A program made the position numbers and the translations under genes. This document shows positions 11,618-25,205 of a stretch of DNA of 64,000 bases, piece by piece. The notes below the pieces were generated by a model. That model was not told the origin of the DNA. It saw nothing but the letters and a program-made list of their open reading frames with translations, and ran no database searches. The stretch comes from Lama guanicoe (Eukaryota): the NCBI GenBank assembly GCA_013239625.1, contig MU056000.1, positions 9,172,970 through 9,236,969 of the forward strand. Direction: 5' to 3'. How positions within the stretch are numbered: the first letter of the stretch is position 1; each line of letters opens with the position of its first letter.

Positions 11618-12649
11618 GAAACACCTGACTTCAGAAGCGCTGCTTTCCTCTGCCTGTCATCTACAGACTACTTTAGTACTAACTGGTATATGTGAATGGG
11701 CTTGTGTCACGCTGTGGTCTTACAAAGATAGTAACCACCTTGCAGTAGAAGCAGGCTCATCAGCTGTCAGCTGCTGCCAAGTCAGACAGATGCAAGTATT
11801 TTCTCTGCATTAACATCTTGCAAAAATGAGCCTTGATAATTAAAAGGTTGGCCACTGTGACATGCAATTCTGGAAGACTGTTGAACATTTTTTGAGACAG
11901 TGTAATTTATAAATAAGAGGCATTTATTACTGCAGACATCCTTGCGATACACATTCATTTCCCCCTGACAAGTAGTATACGGATGCAAAGGCTTCATTCA
12001 TTAGCATTGTTCACAAAATGTTACTTTATGCTTAAAAGTAAGATAAATGTAAACAAGTCATGAAGATAGAATGACTTAATCAATAACCTCCTAATGTAGA
12101 AAGTGATTTTAGATAGAAAAAGTCTGCCAAAATGTGTAATTTGCTTTCTATATCCAAAGATTTTAAATGTTTAGATGACTTCAAAAGGAAGATATGTTGA
12201 TCAGTACTGAACTGGATTAAAGTGTATGTTTATATAGTTTAATAAATAGATGTTCAAACTTTGCAGAAATGAATTACTACTCGAACATGAGAAAGAATCT
12301 AAATATTGTAGTAAGTCCAAATTTCACTAGAGAGTTAAAATGTCGCTTTCCTCCAGCTCATTCAGCATCACTTTATTTGAAAAAATTCTTCAACAACTTG
12401 TGTGTTTTAAGACCCATTGGCAACTTTACTTTTCAAATCAGTTTCCATACATTCATTACTTATTTTAATCATTTAAAATTTAAATTAGAATAAAATTTTA
12501 AATTTAAATTTTAAAGTAAAAGTTTGAGAATAGTCATTCATAAATATAGAAATATACTATATTGTTATAATCATAGTTTTCCATATATGTTTATTTGATC
12601 AATAAGTCAAGTTTTTTTAATGAGTAAACTAAGAAAGGTTATTTTTCGA

Positions 12650-13440
12650 AGTACTGTAGCAATTGCGTTGAATTAAACAAAATAACATCTCCAGCCCTCT
12701 TGTGACTTACATTCTAGAGTGAAAGACAGGGGACAAACTCAAAATTATGAAATATATGCTATGCAGATGACAGTAAGTGCTATGGTCAAATAGAAAAGGA
12801 CAATAAAAAGGACTCTAGGTGGGCAGTGTGACTTCAAATTCAAATATGCTGGGCTGCATTGGTTGAATTAGGGAGATATATTTGAGCAAAGATTTGAAAA
12901 AAAATTAAGATATTTATGAGATATGGACATCTGGAGAAGAGTGCTCCAAGGAAAGGGACCTGCAGTTGCAAATGACCTGAAGACACGGCATTGCTTAGCA
13001 TGTCGAGAAAAGACATAAAAAGGCTACAGTCGTTAGAACTGAATGAAAGGGGAGGGGTGGGCGGAGAGAGAGTAGAACGAGGAAGGACGGGGACTATTGC
13101 AAAAATAGAGATTTTACTTGGTAAAATCAGCTGGAAAACTGACTTTGAGCTGACAGACCTTACGTCTCTTCTCTTTGGATTATGCTGGCTGCCCTTGATG
13201 CAGTGGACTGGGTGTGGGGGTGGGAGAGTTGAAACAGAAAGACAAAGTGACTTCAACCTGCCCCGTGAGGGATGAAGGCTATATTGACTCGGGTAGTAAT
13301 GATTGGGTGGTTAGAAGGGGCTAAATTCTGAATAAAGTTTGAAAGTATCTTATTGCTAGGAAGTTTTGCTGACTATGAGGTGGAAGGGGAAAAAATTAGT
13401 CAAAAATGACTCTATCATTCCATTTACAAATAATGAAAAG
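12650..13440 (-). mobile_element. LINE-2 (L2a-like) 3' fragment
   Basis: cttacattctag; taagtgctatg; atttgagcaaagatttgaa; catctggagaagagtgctccaaggaaagggacctgcagttgcaaatgacctgaag. Confidence 0.8.
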
Positions 13441-13849
13441 CCAAACAGGATTGAGGAGTAAATTCATGAATGCAATCTAGAAATAAAATACACAAGTGTG
13501 CAAATATAGATAGATACATACCCTGTCTTTACATCTATCTGTACCTTGAATTCTCTACCTACTGCTCCTCTAATCCTCTCTCTCTCTGTTTGCTTCTATA
13601 CGTACAGATCTTAGCACAGTGTCTGGGCCTGGAAGACAACCTGTAATTGTTGAATAAATGCTGAATGCCTACATATCACGTGCAATTAGGTTAGTACTGC
13701 AATGAAAGTGTAGGAACATACAACCTAATTTTTGAAGTATACATAGAATTTTCCTATAGTCTTTTAGAAACAAAATTTTAACAGTCACTAAATACATTCA
13801 TGGAAAATTTCCATGTCTTTATCGAGGGAATTATTGAGTACATTATTGC

Positions 13850-14045
13850 TCTGTATTGAAGAGGGATGTCTGAGTCCCAGGTTATGTTTCTTACTAATTG
13901 TGTGACCACATCAAATTACTTAATCTTTCTGAGATACAATTTCCTCATTTTGAAAATAAGAATAGCAATATCGCTAAGTTTTTTCTAAGATTAGAGTGAT
14001 TATATGATATGCATCTGACACACAGCAGGCAACCAATAGATTATA
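13850..14045 (+). mobile_element. MIR SINE
   Basis: Core motif cttactaattgtgtgaccacatcaaattacttaatctttctgagatacaatttcctcattttgaaaataagaatagcaata. Confidence 0.8.
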
Positions 14046-14979
14046 GATGTTACTAAAATGTATATCATTTTAAGTAGGATAGAATTGCATTTCTTCAAAA
14101 GTCATGGAATCTTTAGTCAGTAATACATGTGTTTATCTGGGAAAAACAATGAAAACCTGGTAAGCAAATACATACTGGATTAGTAAAAAGCTCGTTCTAA
14201 AGTAATTAAAAAGATTCCTAAAAACAATACAAAATGGTGTAAACAGATTATAGCTCATGTCTCGAACTCTTTTTATAAGACACTGAAACCTACTTCCAAA
14301 TTTTTCCCATTTGTAAGTACTATGAATTATCAATTAACCAAAATTATATTAAAACAGATGCCAGCTACTCAGCAACTGAATAGAACAAAATATGTCTAGT
14401 TTATCTGGAAATTTTAAGATGAAAATACTTTATGTTTAAACTATTCTGTGTATCAGATCATTAAATCATTCTAATAGCTCTTATTTGCTCTCATTGGTCA
14501 GAAGTTGTTCAATTATTTATGGCAGCAAATGTTGCAGAATGAAATTTAAATCCTGGCTCTGAAGCAATTTTGGGATGTAGATTTTAACATTATTTATTAA
14601 GAGTATAACAATATACTCTTATCCTGTACTATACTCTTATAATATAATATAACAATATTTAATATGTAGTGTTTCATATGATTATGTATAATACTAACAT
14701 TATTATTTTAAAATTATTCCCTGTAATAATGTTAACAAATTTTTAATTTGTTTAAGATTCATGGTGACTTATTTAGGCAGCCATCTGATGTAAGGACAGC
14801 AACATTAAAAGGTCAATGTGTTTAGTGCACTAAATTATAAAGTCAACACAAAAATATCATCATATATATCACTATGTGTTTTCTGGATACTTAATGTACT
14901 TGACCATGATGAATGATGTACCTTTATTGAATTCAGATACTTTAACCTATTTAAATAATAGTTAAAACCTCTATTTTGG

Positions 14980-15105
14980 GGACAGATGGTTATTAGACTT
15001 ACCATGGTAATCATTTCATAATGTATGCAAATGTCAGATCATTATGTAGTATACCTGAAACTGACATAATGTTGTAAGTCAACTGCATTTCAAGTTAAAA
15101 TAAAA
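14980..15105 (+). mobile_element. Short L1 3' end
   Basis: gacagatggttattagacttaccatggtaatcatttcataatgtatgcaaatgtc...tacctgaaactgacataatgttgtaagtcaactgcatttcaa plus an A-rich tail. Confidence 0.8.
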
Positions 15106-15521
15106 CACTGTCACTAAAATAAAAGAAAGTCATGAAAATCAGCTTTTGTTCCAATTAAGTATTTTGACACTCTTGGAACACTGCTACTTACAAAAGTTTG
15201 GTTTAAGTTTTAGACTGTAGGTCAAAGGAAAAATCCCATCTCAATCCGAGAATCAAGAACTTTGCCAGCCGTGATCGATACCCCAAGTTCAAATTTGGGT
15301 CTTTGCTCTACTGCACTTTGTTGACTTTAGTTTGATTTAAAAGCCTTTAAATCACAACTTTTTCACTTTAGAATGTAAAATGAACCGCCTGTGGAGCTGA
15401 CCAGCCCGTTAGTGGGTGCTCTTTCCAATCTATTGTTGGTACCTTCAAAAGACCATCGCCTCTCATCCTCTCATGTAGATCATAACTGTAATCATCAAGG
15501 GATTTAACCTTGCAAGGTGCT

Positions 15522-16066
15522 TGCGGTAGACAGCATTCTAAGATGAACTAAGTCTCTGTCCCTTTTTATACACCCCCTATATAGAATCCCCGCCCTTTGA
15601 GTGTGAGCATGATACATAAATATGATGGACTATGACTTCTGTGATTAAATTGCTAAATAGTTGACTTGAATTGTATCTAAAGAGACATTATTTGGGGTGG
15701 GCCTTGTGTAATCAGGAGAGGTCTTTAAAAGAGAGTGAGGAGTAAGAAACTGACCTGCTGTCCTATAAGGAAGAAGAAACAAACAGCCATGCTTTGGACT
15801 GCCTAGGAAAAGGGCATCTTCTAAGAGGTAAAAGTCTCAGTCCTGATACCGTAGAACTGAATTCTGCCAAAACTGAATGTGCTTGGAAGAGGACTCTAAG
15901 CTCCAGATGGGAATCCCAGCCCAGCTGCCTTCTTGACTAAAACCTTGTGTGATCTCGAGGAGAACACACAACTGGGCCCAGCCAAACCTGAAAGATAATG
16001 AAGGACAGCTGTTTTAAGCTCTCAAGTTTGTGGTAATTTGTTACACAGCAATTGAACATGAATACA
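15522..16066 (+). mobile_element. Complete MaLR solo LTR (MLT1E/F-like) with a 5-bp TSD
   Basis: Begins tgcggtagacagcattctaagatg and ends gttttaagctctcaagtttgtggtaatttgttacacagcaattgaacatgaataca (TG...CA). Flanks gtgct / gtgtt. Confidence 0.9.
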
Positions 16067-16586
16067 GTGTTTGGATAGACTTTAAAGAAGTATAAGATTA
16101 AAGTCATATCACTTTAAAAGGAAAGAAAACTTAGCCTGTGATTAATTCCTTTCTGAGAAACTCAGCATGATCTCTATAACCTTGCTGGTTTTCAGGGAGT
16201 AATTATATTCAATAGTCTAAGAGACATTCTATAAATATTAGTGAGCAAGGTCACTGCTAGCCCAGGTGGCATCTTTGGTCCAATTGGGAAAAGGTGCTGT
16301 TGCCTCAAGTTATTCTACTGCAGTCTTTGGGGAAAATGTTAAAACAAATAACCAATTTTCAATGTTTGGGATCTGAATAACTTCCTCTATGGTTATGAAC
16401 TCTCCAAACTGCACAACTTTATGCAAGTTTAGTGAATGTTGGCATAAATAACCACATAGACCACTTCTGCCTCCTACAACAATCGGTTATAAATAGTATT
16501 TCAGTAATTATCATTATGACATCCTTGAAAGAGTTCACTTAGAACTGAAGCCTACTTTGAACTATTTTTAAAATATATCTGCTGCC

Positions 16587-16952
16587 TGTAGTGGGTGCTG
16601 TTTGTGCCCCATCAGACTCAACCCCCAGCTGCCAGGAGTGCTGGCTGAAAAGAGCTCACAATTGCCTCTTCTCTGGGGAATTGCCTACGAGATGAGACGG
16701 GAGGCTTCAGGGAGGAGATCTGCATCTTCCCTCCAGCATCCCATAGCCGGGACTGACTGATGTGGGGAGCAAATTTCCTTTCGCTGGCCTTCGCAGTTCT
16801 ATATGAGCAAGATGCTCCAGCACTCCGTCCAGGGTCAGGGTGGAGTTGGTCTCTAGCCAAGACCATATTCTGGCTTATTGGTTCCCTGATCTATCCTGTG
16901 TCTTACTTCCTTCTTTCCTCAATAAACCACTTGCACAAGGACCCCCATCTCA
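16587..16952 (+). mobile_element. ERVL LTR16-family LTR
   Basis: Begins tgtagtgggtgctgtttgtgcccc; contains cttctctggggaattgcc; ends ctcaataaaccacttgcacaaggacccccatctca. Confidence 0.75.
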
Positions 16953-17009
16953 TGTATTAATATATATTATGTTTTTTACTACACAAGCCCCATTAAGTAT
17001 ATAAAAATC

Positions 17010-17212
17010 TGATGTGGACTCAGTATGAAGCTAATAAATCCTAAAGACCAGGTCCTTTCTCACACTACTCATTTCAAAGCCCTGCAAGTGTCTTAGAAAT
17101 GTTCACACACCACACAATTTGTACAGTTTGCAAAGAAAAACTATTTGGTATTCTTTTCTTAAAAGAGGATTCCCAAAACTAGATTCAGGCAACCAAAACC
17201 TGCTTTCCCTTT
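17010..17212 (+). mobile_element. hAT-Tip100 non-autonomous remnant (Zaphod/MER115-like)
   Basis: Left-end-like tgaagctaataaatcctaaag...aatgttcacac and right-end-like gtattcttttcttaaaagagg...ttcaggcaaccaaaacctg. Confidence 0.5.
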
Positions 17213-20119
17213 GGAAGAAATTCATGTTTTATTCTTCTAATTGTGAATATTATTCCAGACTATCTTTTAGAATTACATTAATACAAGCCATAATGTCACA
17301 GATTTAAAAAAAAAAAACAAGAAAAATCACAAGCTAAGGAGAAAGATAACTCTTACAGTCACTTTTTCTAGGATGACTGAAACCTGAATCACATATTTTC
17401 AATTCATAAACATTTAAATAGCTTTTGCAGCAAGGGGAGAAGTATGAATTGTCTCACTGTGGTGTTTCTATAATGCTTCAGCATAGAGGAGGGTATGTTG
17501 CCAACAAAAGTCCACGTGGTCAGGGATCACGAAGGTGCCTGGCTGTCGGCAAGCCATTTTTAAGGCCATCGTGAAATTCCCATTGCCAGTATTTAATGAC
17601 TATCTCAACAGGAGAGGTTAGAATCCAACGTTAAATAAAGAACCGTGTGTTCTGCACTCACTTGAAACAAAACTAGCTGCCTTAGATGTTAATTTCAGAA
17701 ATGAATGGCTTGCAAATGTGCCAAATACTAAACCTCCTACGTGGTTTTGTACAGTTTGTTTGTTAAAAAATGGACATTCTTTAAGTCACGTGGAAAATTT
17801 TGAAAATAAGAAAGATGAATAAGGAAATATATGTCAATGTACTCAGATTTTCTTTGTGAAAAACAGAAAAGTATATCACCAAAATACTGTAATGTGCACA
17901 CATGCACACACACACAAATCCTTCAACCAGCTTATTATTTTAGGTATTATTCAGACTTAGTGGAGAAATCTTATGTTTCCCTAATAACTGTGATGCATTT
18001 TATCTATTCTATTTCCTTGATTCCATTTTTGATCAGGTGTTAAATAACAGGAGAAATTGTTCTCCTAATATTTATCATAAGAAATAATACAGTACTAATT
18101 TATTTTAAAATGAACTAGCTTTAGAGGTAATAGATATAAAGGAAATTTGTTTTACCATGCTCTAGCATTTTAAATAATAGTGTCTCCCATGTTAATAGAT
18201 TTTATAAAGGAAAAAACAAGCTTTCATCTAATGGGTTTTAGAACTGCTGGGATGTAAAGGTTAACATATTTATGACATGATATTGTAATGACTCAATCTT
18301 GATCATATTACAGAAAAATGTACAGTATGTCAAGTTACCTCATCTTGGGACCATCTGTTAAGCCTAGTCCTGTGCAATATTTTTCTACTTTCATATGTTA
18401 TTCACGTGGAGTTATAGCAAGTCTTGGATTACGATGTCAGGGTGTTGAAAATGCTGACTTTCTGGGTATCATGTTATAAATACGATGTTTCTATAGCACG
18501 TCTCCCTTTTATCTCTAGTTTTTATCCTAAAAACCTACCCTAAACTTTCAGAAATAACTGCTCATATCCTCACTACTTGCTTCTTTTTTTGCCAGGCACA
18601 ATCCTCATTACTGGGTTAATTATAGACTTTGTGCAGCATTAGCAGTCACAGTTAACATCTTTGCCTTTGTTTTCATTCTTTGCTGTTGAATTCTCTTTAT
18701 TCATATTGTTACTGAATTGCCCCTGTTAATTTTGAAAGAATGCCATGAAATGATTGGCAGGAGGCCTTAGTCTATCAAGGTAGAAATGAACATACATGAA
18801 GCATCACATTACTCAGTATACCATGAGCAAAGGCATACCAGGCACTGGATAGTAGGGAACATGGAGGGAAAAATAGAATTCTGCACATATAGTAGAACAA
18901 CACCAGGTTATAAACTTGTAGAAGTACCAAATCATTTTCTAGATAAAAAAGGAAGGACATTCAATGACATGTTCAACAAATTAAAACCAATATTATGGAA
19001 TGTCAGGTTTTAAGACCTAAAGTAATTCTGCTGTTTCAGGTTGCATTTATTCAATATATTGTCATTCCTGCTAATTTATAAGAAGTGAATTGAATTATAG
19101 TTAGTACTTGTATAAAATGATCATTTCAACATGGACACCATTAACAGCAAATGTGTTTGGGCCATGTACAGCGGATAGAGAGTTTTTACAGTACTAAGTG
19201 TGAGTGTCCATGCACATGTGATTCCATCATTGAGTATATCCTTGTCAGGACCTTCAAATGTGCATTAAACATAAATAACCACACAATCGTACAATATGAT
19301 ACTGCTCCTCGGCCATCGTGCAAATCAGTATCTTCTTAGTACCATGTCGTTAGCATTTAATTATTCATCAAAGAAAATAATATCTTGATGTTATAGTAGT
19401 AAAAGCCGTGAGCTCATTATTTCAAAGGTAGAAAAGATATAAATATTAATCTTCTCTTTTCCATATCATTATATGCCTAACTGCATCATAATAGATACCA
19501 TACTGGGTTTACCTGGACTTGGTGAACAAAAGACAAACCAGAATTATTGCAAGAAGTATGTAAATCAGGACTTCTGTGAGAGACGGGGAATGACAATCAG
19601 GAAGGCTAGAGCCAGAGGACTGGAGAATGCTTGATTATTATTTCTGATCTGTCCCATCTAACAAATCCTTTATTACTGCTAGCACTTCTTTTCATTTTTT
19701 CAAAGGTCTTTAGAAGCCTGACTCATTTTGTACCCTGGAATGTTGCCATAGCACTGTTTTAATTTTTTGGAATAGCTTCATCTCTACAATGCCAATAGGG
19801 ATTTTAAATCCAATAACGCCAGCCCCTTCCAGATTGCATCTCTTTAGGAGATACGAAGGAAAGTTGATGTTAGGGAAGAACTGAGCTTGGATGTCATTGC
19901 TGTTGTGAGTGTGTGTGGCTTATTCTACAAAGAAAAGTGCTAAATCATATTCTCCAAAAAAAGTTTACAAGTATCAAATTGAAATATGTTTTTAAAACAT
20001 GCACTTGTCAAATTTCTGTGTGTATTTTTCACTTGACTCTATACTTTGGACAAAGAATAGAGTATCATTTATTGTTTACATTTTTACTGACGATACAAAT
20101 AAAGGTCAAAAGAAAGTTA

Positions 20120-20480
20120 AGGGCTTCTGGTTTCAACTGTGGCTTTAGGTAAAGAGTGTAGACATCATCATCCCTGTTCTTATAACAAGAGAGGCTGGAC
20201 CAGTTAAAAACCAAAGACTTTTCCGGGACCCACCAAAGACCCGAGGTTATAGGGCAAATGACCCACAGAAATCTGGAGAGAAGAGCACTGAGAGAATCAC
20301 AGCAGAGAACAGCTAGTTTGAAACAGAAACAGGTGGAACCGTAAACTGGCAGGAACAATTAAAGCACAATCTAGATGAATTTCTGGAGGCAGAGTGTGGA
20401 ATAGAAGGAGACTGACAAATGCCTGGGGGCTTCCATCTTTAAAATTCTCAACACTTTCATCAATTTTCCCTCTAGGAACC
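20120..20480 (+). mobile_element. Ancient L1 (L1MC/L1M4-like) 5' end fragment
   Basis: gggcttctggtttc...catccctgttcttataacaagagaggctggac...gaggttatagggcaaat...gcagagtgtgga. Resembles 62045-62400. Confidence 0.6.
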
Positions 20481-20481
20481 T

Positions 20482-20715
20482 TGGCTCTTCTTGGGCCTGG
20501 AGCCTGATAGCTTTTGGACTGGAGCTGCTGCATCCAAACTTCTGATTCTCTGGTCTTCAGACACCCCGTGGAACTACACCACGGACCCCGCTGGGTCTCC
20601 AGCCAGCTGAGTGCAAGCCTTAGTGCTATTCATTCTCCATAATAGTGTGAGCCAATTTCTCATAATAGAATTCTTTCTATTGTAAGTGATATTTGCTCTG
20701 TTTCACTACTGTTCT
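20482..20715 (+). mobile_element. ERVL MLT2-family LTR 3' part
   Basis: ggaactacaccacggaccccgctgggtctccagccagctgagtgcaag...ctccataatagtgtgagccaatttctcataata. Confidence 0.8.
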
Positions 20716-21497
20716 ATCTTATATTAATAGTTCAAGGTATATTTTTAATTTCAATTCATAATCTCTCAAGCCAGTATATCATCTGTGGATTTTAAAATCC
20801 ATTTAATAGTATCTGTGGTGTTCCTCATACATTTATTTTTAATGCACCATCAAAGAATTATTCTAAGAAGTATTCATACATTTCAAAGCTGATAATTTAT
20901 CTGAAGGCTCCACTCCATAGTAATGAGTTACTTATTGATCATTTGTATTGAACACTCATTATATTTAATTAATCATAGCCATCTATTAACAAACTGTATT
21001 TTTCTCTTTTGATGATTATATTATGGATTATAGACAAGAAAGCTTTTAATGATCTTTAGACATTCTATCATTAAATAATTCTATTATTCCCTAGTTTGGA
21101 AATATATTTGAAAACTTTAACTTTATTATTCAGAAGTAACCAATGTCAAGTTTATGGTATTTTATTAATATTCTTTTATAGAATAAATATTACCTGCTAT
21201 TTGTCATCATCTTTTTCTGATTCTAAATAATTCCTCAATAACAGCAAAACCACCATCATGACCCACTGATGATGATATTTCAGCTCAGCATACACACATA
21301 AATGCTTTTATTTATATATTTATGCACAGTGTGTCTATATATTAACATTCGCATATATGTGTGTAAGAATTGTGTACTTATGTACATGTATGCATGTGTG
21401 CATACATATCGTTTTCTGAGATATGTAAACATATGAATACATTAGAGGTTTTTATATTTATAAATATATCATATTTTTATACTGGATCACCTGGTCT

Positions 21498-21684
21498 ACC
21501 CTCTAAGAGGCAGCTGACAATAACTGGAGATATTTTTTATTGTCAAGACTGAGAGGATACAACTAGCATCTGGTGGGGAGAGACCAGGAATGTTGCTGAA
21601 TATCCAGTAAGGCACAGAAAGTCCTCCCACCACAAAGAATCATGAAAACTCAAGTGTCAGTGATGGCCAGGTGGAGGAACCCTG
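21498..21684 (+). mobile_element. MER20 (hAT-Charlie) DNA transposon
   Basis: ctggagatattttttattgtcaagactgag...actagcatctggtggggagagaccaggaatgttgctgaatatcc...cacaaagaatcat...ggaggaaccctg. Confidence 0.85.
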
Positions 21685-22029
21685 CTCCAGGATGCCTGCG
21701 TGCATCCCCCGAATCCTGGTGAAGCCATGTTGTGAATAGAGTCCCTTATACATGAAAAGACAACGAAAGGCAGAGAATAGTCAAAAAATGCTGTTCACAT
21801 TTTTATTGGAAATCACTGGTTTCCTCAAAGTAAGCCCCGCTTCTTGAATCTACTTTCTTTTCTACATGTATATATATTTTATGAGACTGTCATCCTTTGT
21901 TTTTCTTATGATTCTTTTTAGGAGTGAAATCCAATTTCTTACATGCCCTCAGGCATGCACATATCACTCTGTGTTGCACTAACCCAGTTCTTCTGTAAAA
22001 ATTCTAGAATTTCAAATTACTGCCCGGAA

Positions 22030-22670
22030 TTATGGTGGCATATTGAATTGCCTGTTGTCTTTCCCTATGCCCTCTCTGCATTGGAATTAAATATGCACTG
22101 TTTTTCCATGTGGCTTTATAGTTCTTCCCACTTAGAGCTGGATTGTGTAGTTCTGTTCCATTGATAAGGGCATTGTCAATGTGGCCTATTTGGTCAACAG
22201 ACTGTGGGAAGCAGTGACACTGTGACCATACCCAGACAAGCCCTCAAGAGAGATTGCTGTGCTCGCGTCATTCTCTGCTAGAACACAATGCTATAATTAA
22301 TTGGTGGCCCAAGGAGTTGAGACTATGTGGAGCAGACCTGAACTTAGGGCCCAGAATCAGGAGCTCAGAGCCTGAATTCGGGCTTAGCCAAGCCAAGGAA
22401 TCCACAGCCCACGACAATAAATGCATATTGTTTTTACAGCATTGAAATGGTTTGTTCTACATTAGGCATGGTTGAATAATAGAAAACTATTAGAAGTAAA
22501 GTGTTTGTCTCTTATGAAAACAAAATATGCAGTATTAGCTTTGGAAACATGTGGTATGTTTTTAAGAAAACTCATATAGGAGAGTGTAAAATATTAGCTT
22601 GTGTTAATCAGCAGCAAACCAGTTAGAAACATGTCACTTCGGGAAACTTCAAAGACAAAAATACAGTACT
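22030..22670 (+). mobile_element. MaLR LTR (MLT1H/I-like) plus the start of its internal region
   Basis: atgtggagcagacctgaac...aataaatgcatattgtttt (LTR, to ~22480), then aaaacaaaatatgcagtattagctttggaa (MLT1-int start). Confidence 0.65.
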
Positions 22671-22689
22671 TAATAATTATTCCAACAAG

Positions 22690-22971
22690 CAAACCACATC
22701 TTCCTGTTGGAACCCGGGACATCTTATCTTCTTGTTACTACAAAGCCTGCTTCCCACAACCCTCCTGTTTACTGTAAACTTGATTGAAACACCATGTGGA
22801 CCTGCGTGGTGAGCAGTGTCCAGCCACCCTGGGCTGTGCGTATATGTGATAATTATCTGCTGCCGCTCTCATCTGCCCGGTGTTGAGTGGCAAGTGTCAG
22901 GGCATCTCGTACTACTTAGGATGAAGGATCCCTCCCTCATCAATGGGATGAACAGGAGGCAATCAGAGCAA
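22690..22971 (+). mobile_element. ERVL MER74-family LTR 3' half
   Basis: actacaaagcctgcttcccaca...ctgggctgtgcgtatatgtga...tctcatctgcccggtgt...atccctccctcatcaatgggatgaacaggaggcaatcagagca. Confidence 0.75.
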
Positions 22972-24039
22972 TGACCTGACACATATGGCAGAAGCTGGGA
23001 AAGATGATTTGTTGGATACTTGCGCCAACAACTGGCAGCTCCCTTCTGCTCCTGGAATCATGCTTTCTGAGTTATAGCTGAAGATTTCCTTTCTCACACA
23101 CTTTTTTTTTTTTCTCTCCTTAAGTCCTACAGCTCTTACTCTCGTTGAGTTAACTACTATACCTTTTCTCTCACTGTCAAGGCGAAAAGCATGCTGAGTG
23201 TTATCTGCTAAAATTCAGGATGCATTGTTGTCTTTCTGGTCTTACTCCCATTCTCCCCAAATTCTTGGCCAAATCCTGCAGAATGATAATTTAATCCCAG
23301 TACTACAGGTTTCCTCCTAACAAATCTCCTAAGCTACCCTTAGAGACATTTATTTCCATGTTTCCTTAAGGCCCAGATATCAAAACTCAATTCCTAAAGT
23401 TGTCCTATAACAAATCAAGTATATACTGACCTATTAGAAAGTCTAGCTAGGACCAATCATGTCACGTTCTGACGGAATCTTTCCTGTGTGCTATTCCTGA
23501 CCTACTTTCTCCCTAATTGAACATGTGTGTTGAACCTTGTCTCTATGTAATCTGCAGAAACCCAGCTCAGAGTGCATTTAATGTAATACAAGAGGTAATT
23601 TCCCTTCTCAGTGGGTCTCAATTTCCAGGTCATGGCAAGGACATTGAGCATCAGCCAAACCACAATCCAACCCTACATTGCTAAATTCTATGGAAATTTC
23701 AAACAAGACATAAGGATTACTGCCAGCGCCTTGTCCCAGCACATGCATCCCCCGTGTAGCAACACTGACGAATTGGTCAGATATGTAAGTACAAGTAAGT
23801 ACCTGTTTTATGAGCTACATCGACCTAATTCAGCTAGTAGAACAAGTTTCAAATACCCAAGAAGTTCTCAAACTTGCATGACTTGGATGAACATGTTTAC
23901 ACAAATTCAAGAATTACTCCTTTCTTATTGGCATACTTAACTGCATTCAGTTGGAATTCATCTGCCCTTCTTGCATGGTTCTTCAGCTTTGCTTATGTAC
24001 GTATTTGTCAATATTTAGCTTCTACATTCACCATTTCTG

Positions 24040-24165
24040 TGTTATAGGCAGCTAGTTGTGCACTAATGTCCAGTCTCTCCTTATAACATTGTAAAAGAAT
24101 TCTTAATTTTTAAGTAGGTACGTGGTCAGCTGAAATACCGCAACCCTCACATACTCTCTTCCATG
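24040..24165 (+). mobile_element. MLT1J/K-like LTR 5' fragment
   Basis: tccagtctctcctt...gtaaaagaattcttaatttttaagtaggtacgtggtcagctg. Confidence 0.45.
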
Positions 24166-25205
24166 AAAAAGCAATTTGAGTGCCTTGGTGGTTGGCTACG
24201 TACTGCAGCAAAACAACAGCAAAAAAGTGTGATGTGGCTGTTCCCCAATCAGCAAGGTCATGAGGACAGATAGACATGTGGCCATTGGGTTAATCTCATT
24301 ATGGCTTAGTCTATTGAACTAGAAAGTGGTACCAGAACAGTTCTCATTCACAAATTTGTAGTAACTGTTAAATAGCAAATCCTGAGTACTAATCCTGGTA
24401 CATAGTGTACACTTAGTAACAGCTGACTTGCTTTCCATTTTCATCAAAAAATTGCACATTTTGTATGTAGGATTATACTACTGGTAAGACTTTGGAACTA
24501 TAAGATACACAGCTGTGTCACCTTGAGTTATGGGTATGAATGGTATATAGAAGGGTTCAGAGTTCAGACAAATTTGTCATAGAAGAGTTGAAATAGTAAA
24601 ATATTTGACCTAAATCCAAAGATTAAACAAGTATTGTAAATTAAATTTTGGTTATAGACATGACATCATATTAGCATTCAGGGTTGAATGGCTATTTGAG
24701 AAATTCTACATGCAAGGCATATGATTACAGGTAAAAAATAAAAAATGAAGGAAGGAAAACCCTGAAGCCAACCCTGATACGTTGAAACATATCACACATA
24801 CAGACAAACCGAACACACACATATGTGTGCACACGATTTGAAAGCTTGTTTTTAGGTTCCAGCTTGAGACAGAGGAACTTGGACTTCCCTGACTGAAAAT
24901 ATCCCCATCTACTCTAAAGATGTGTCATCCACTTTGACAGATGCTAAATGCTGGAGGGCTATTCATGGAGCAGAAGAAAAGAAAGGGACGTGTGGACTGC
25001 TGAGCAGATGAACTAAATTAACTGTGATGAACCTTGTTGTAAGAGAGTCTGCCAAAATAAATCATGTGAAAATCATGGAAATGAGGTCTGAATTGTCTAC
25101 ATGCAAAGTCTCTAGTTAATTACTGTTGAAAAAACAGATACTAGGGAAAACTGACTTATTTTGCTACAATAGTCAAGTCAGAAAAGTTTTAAGGAAGATG
25201 TAAAG

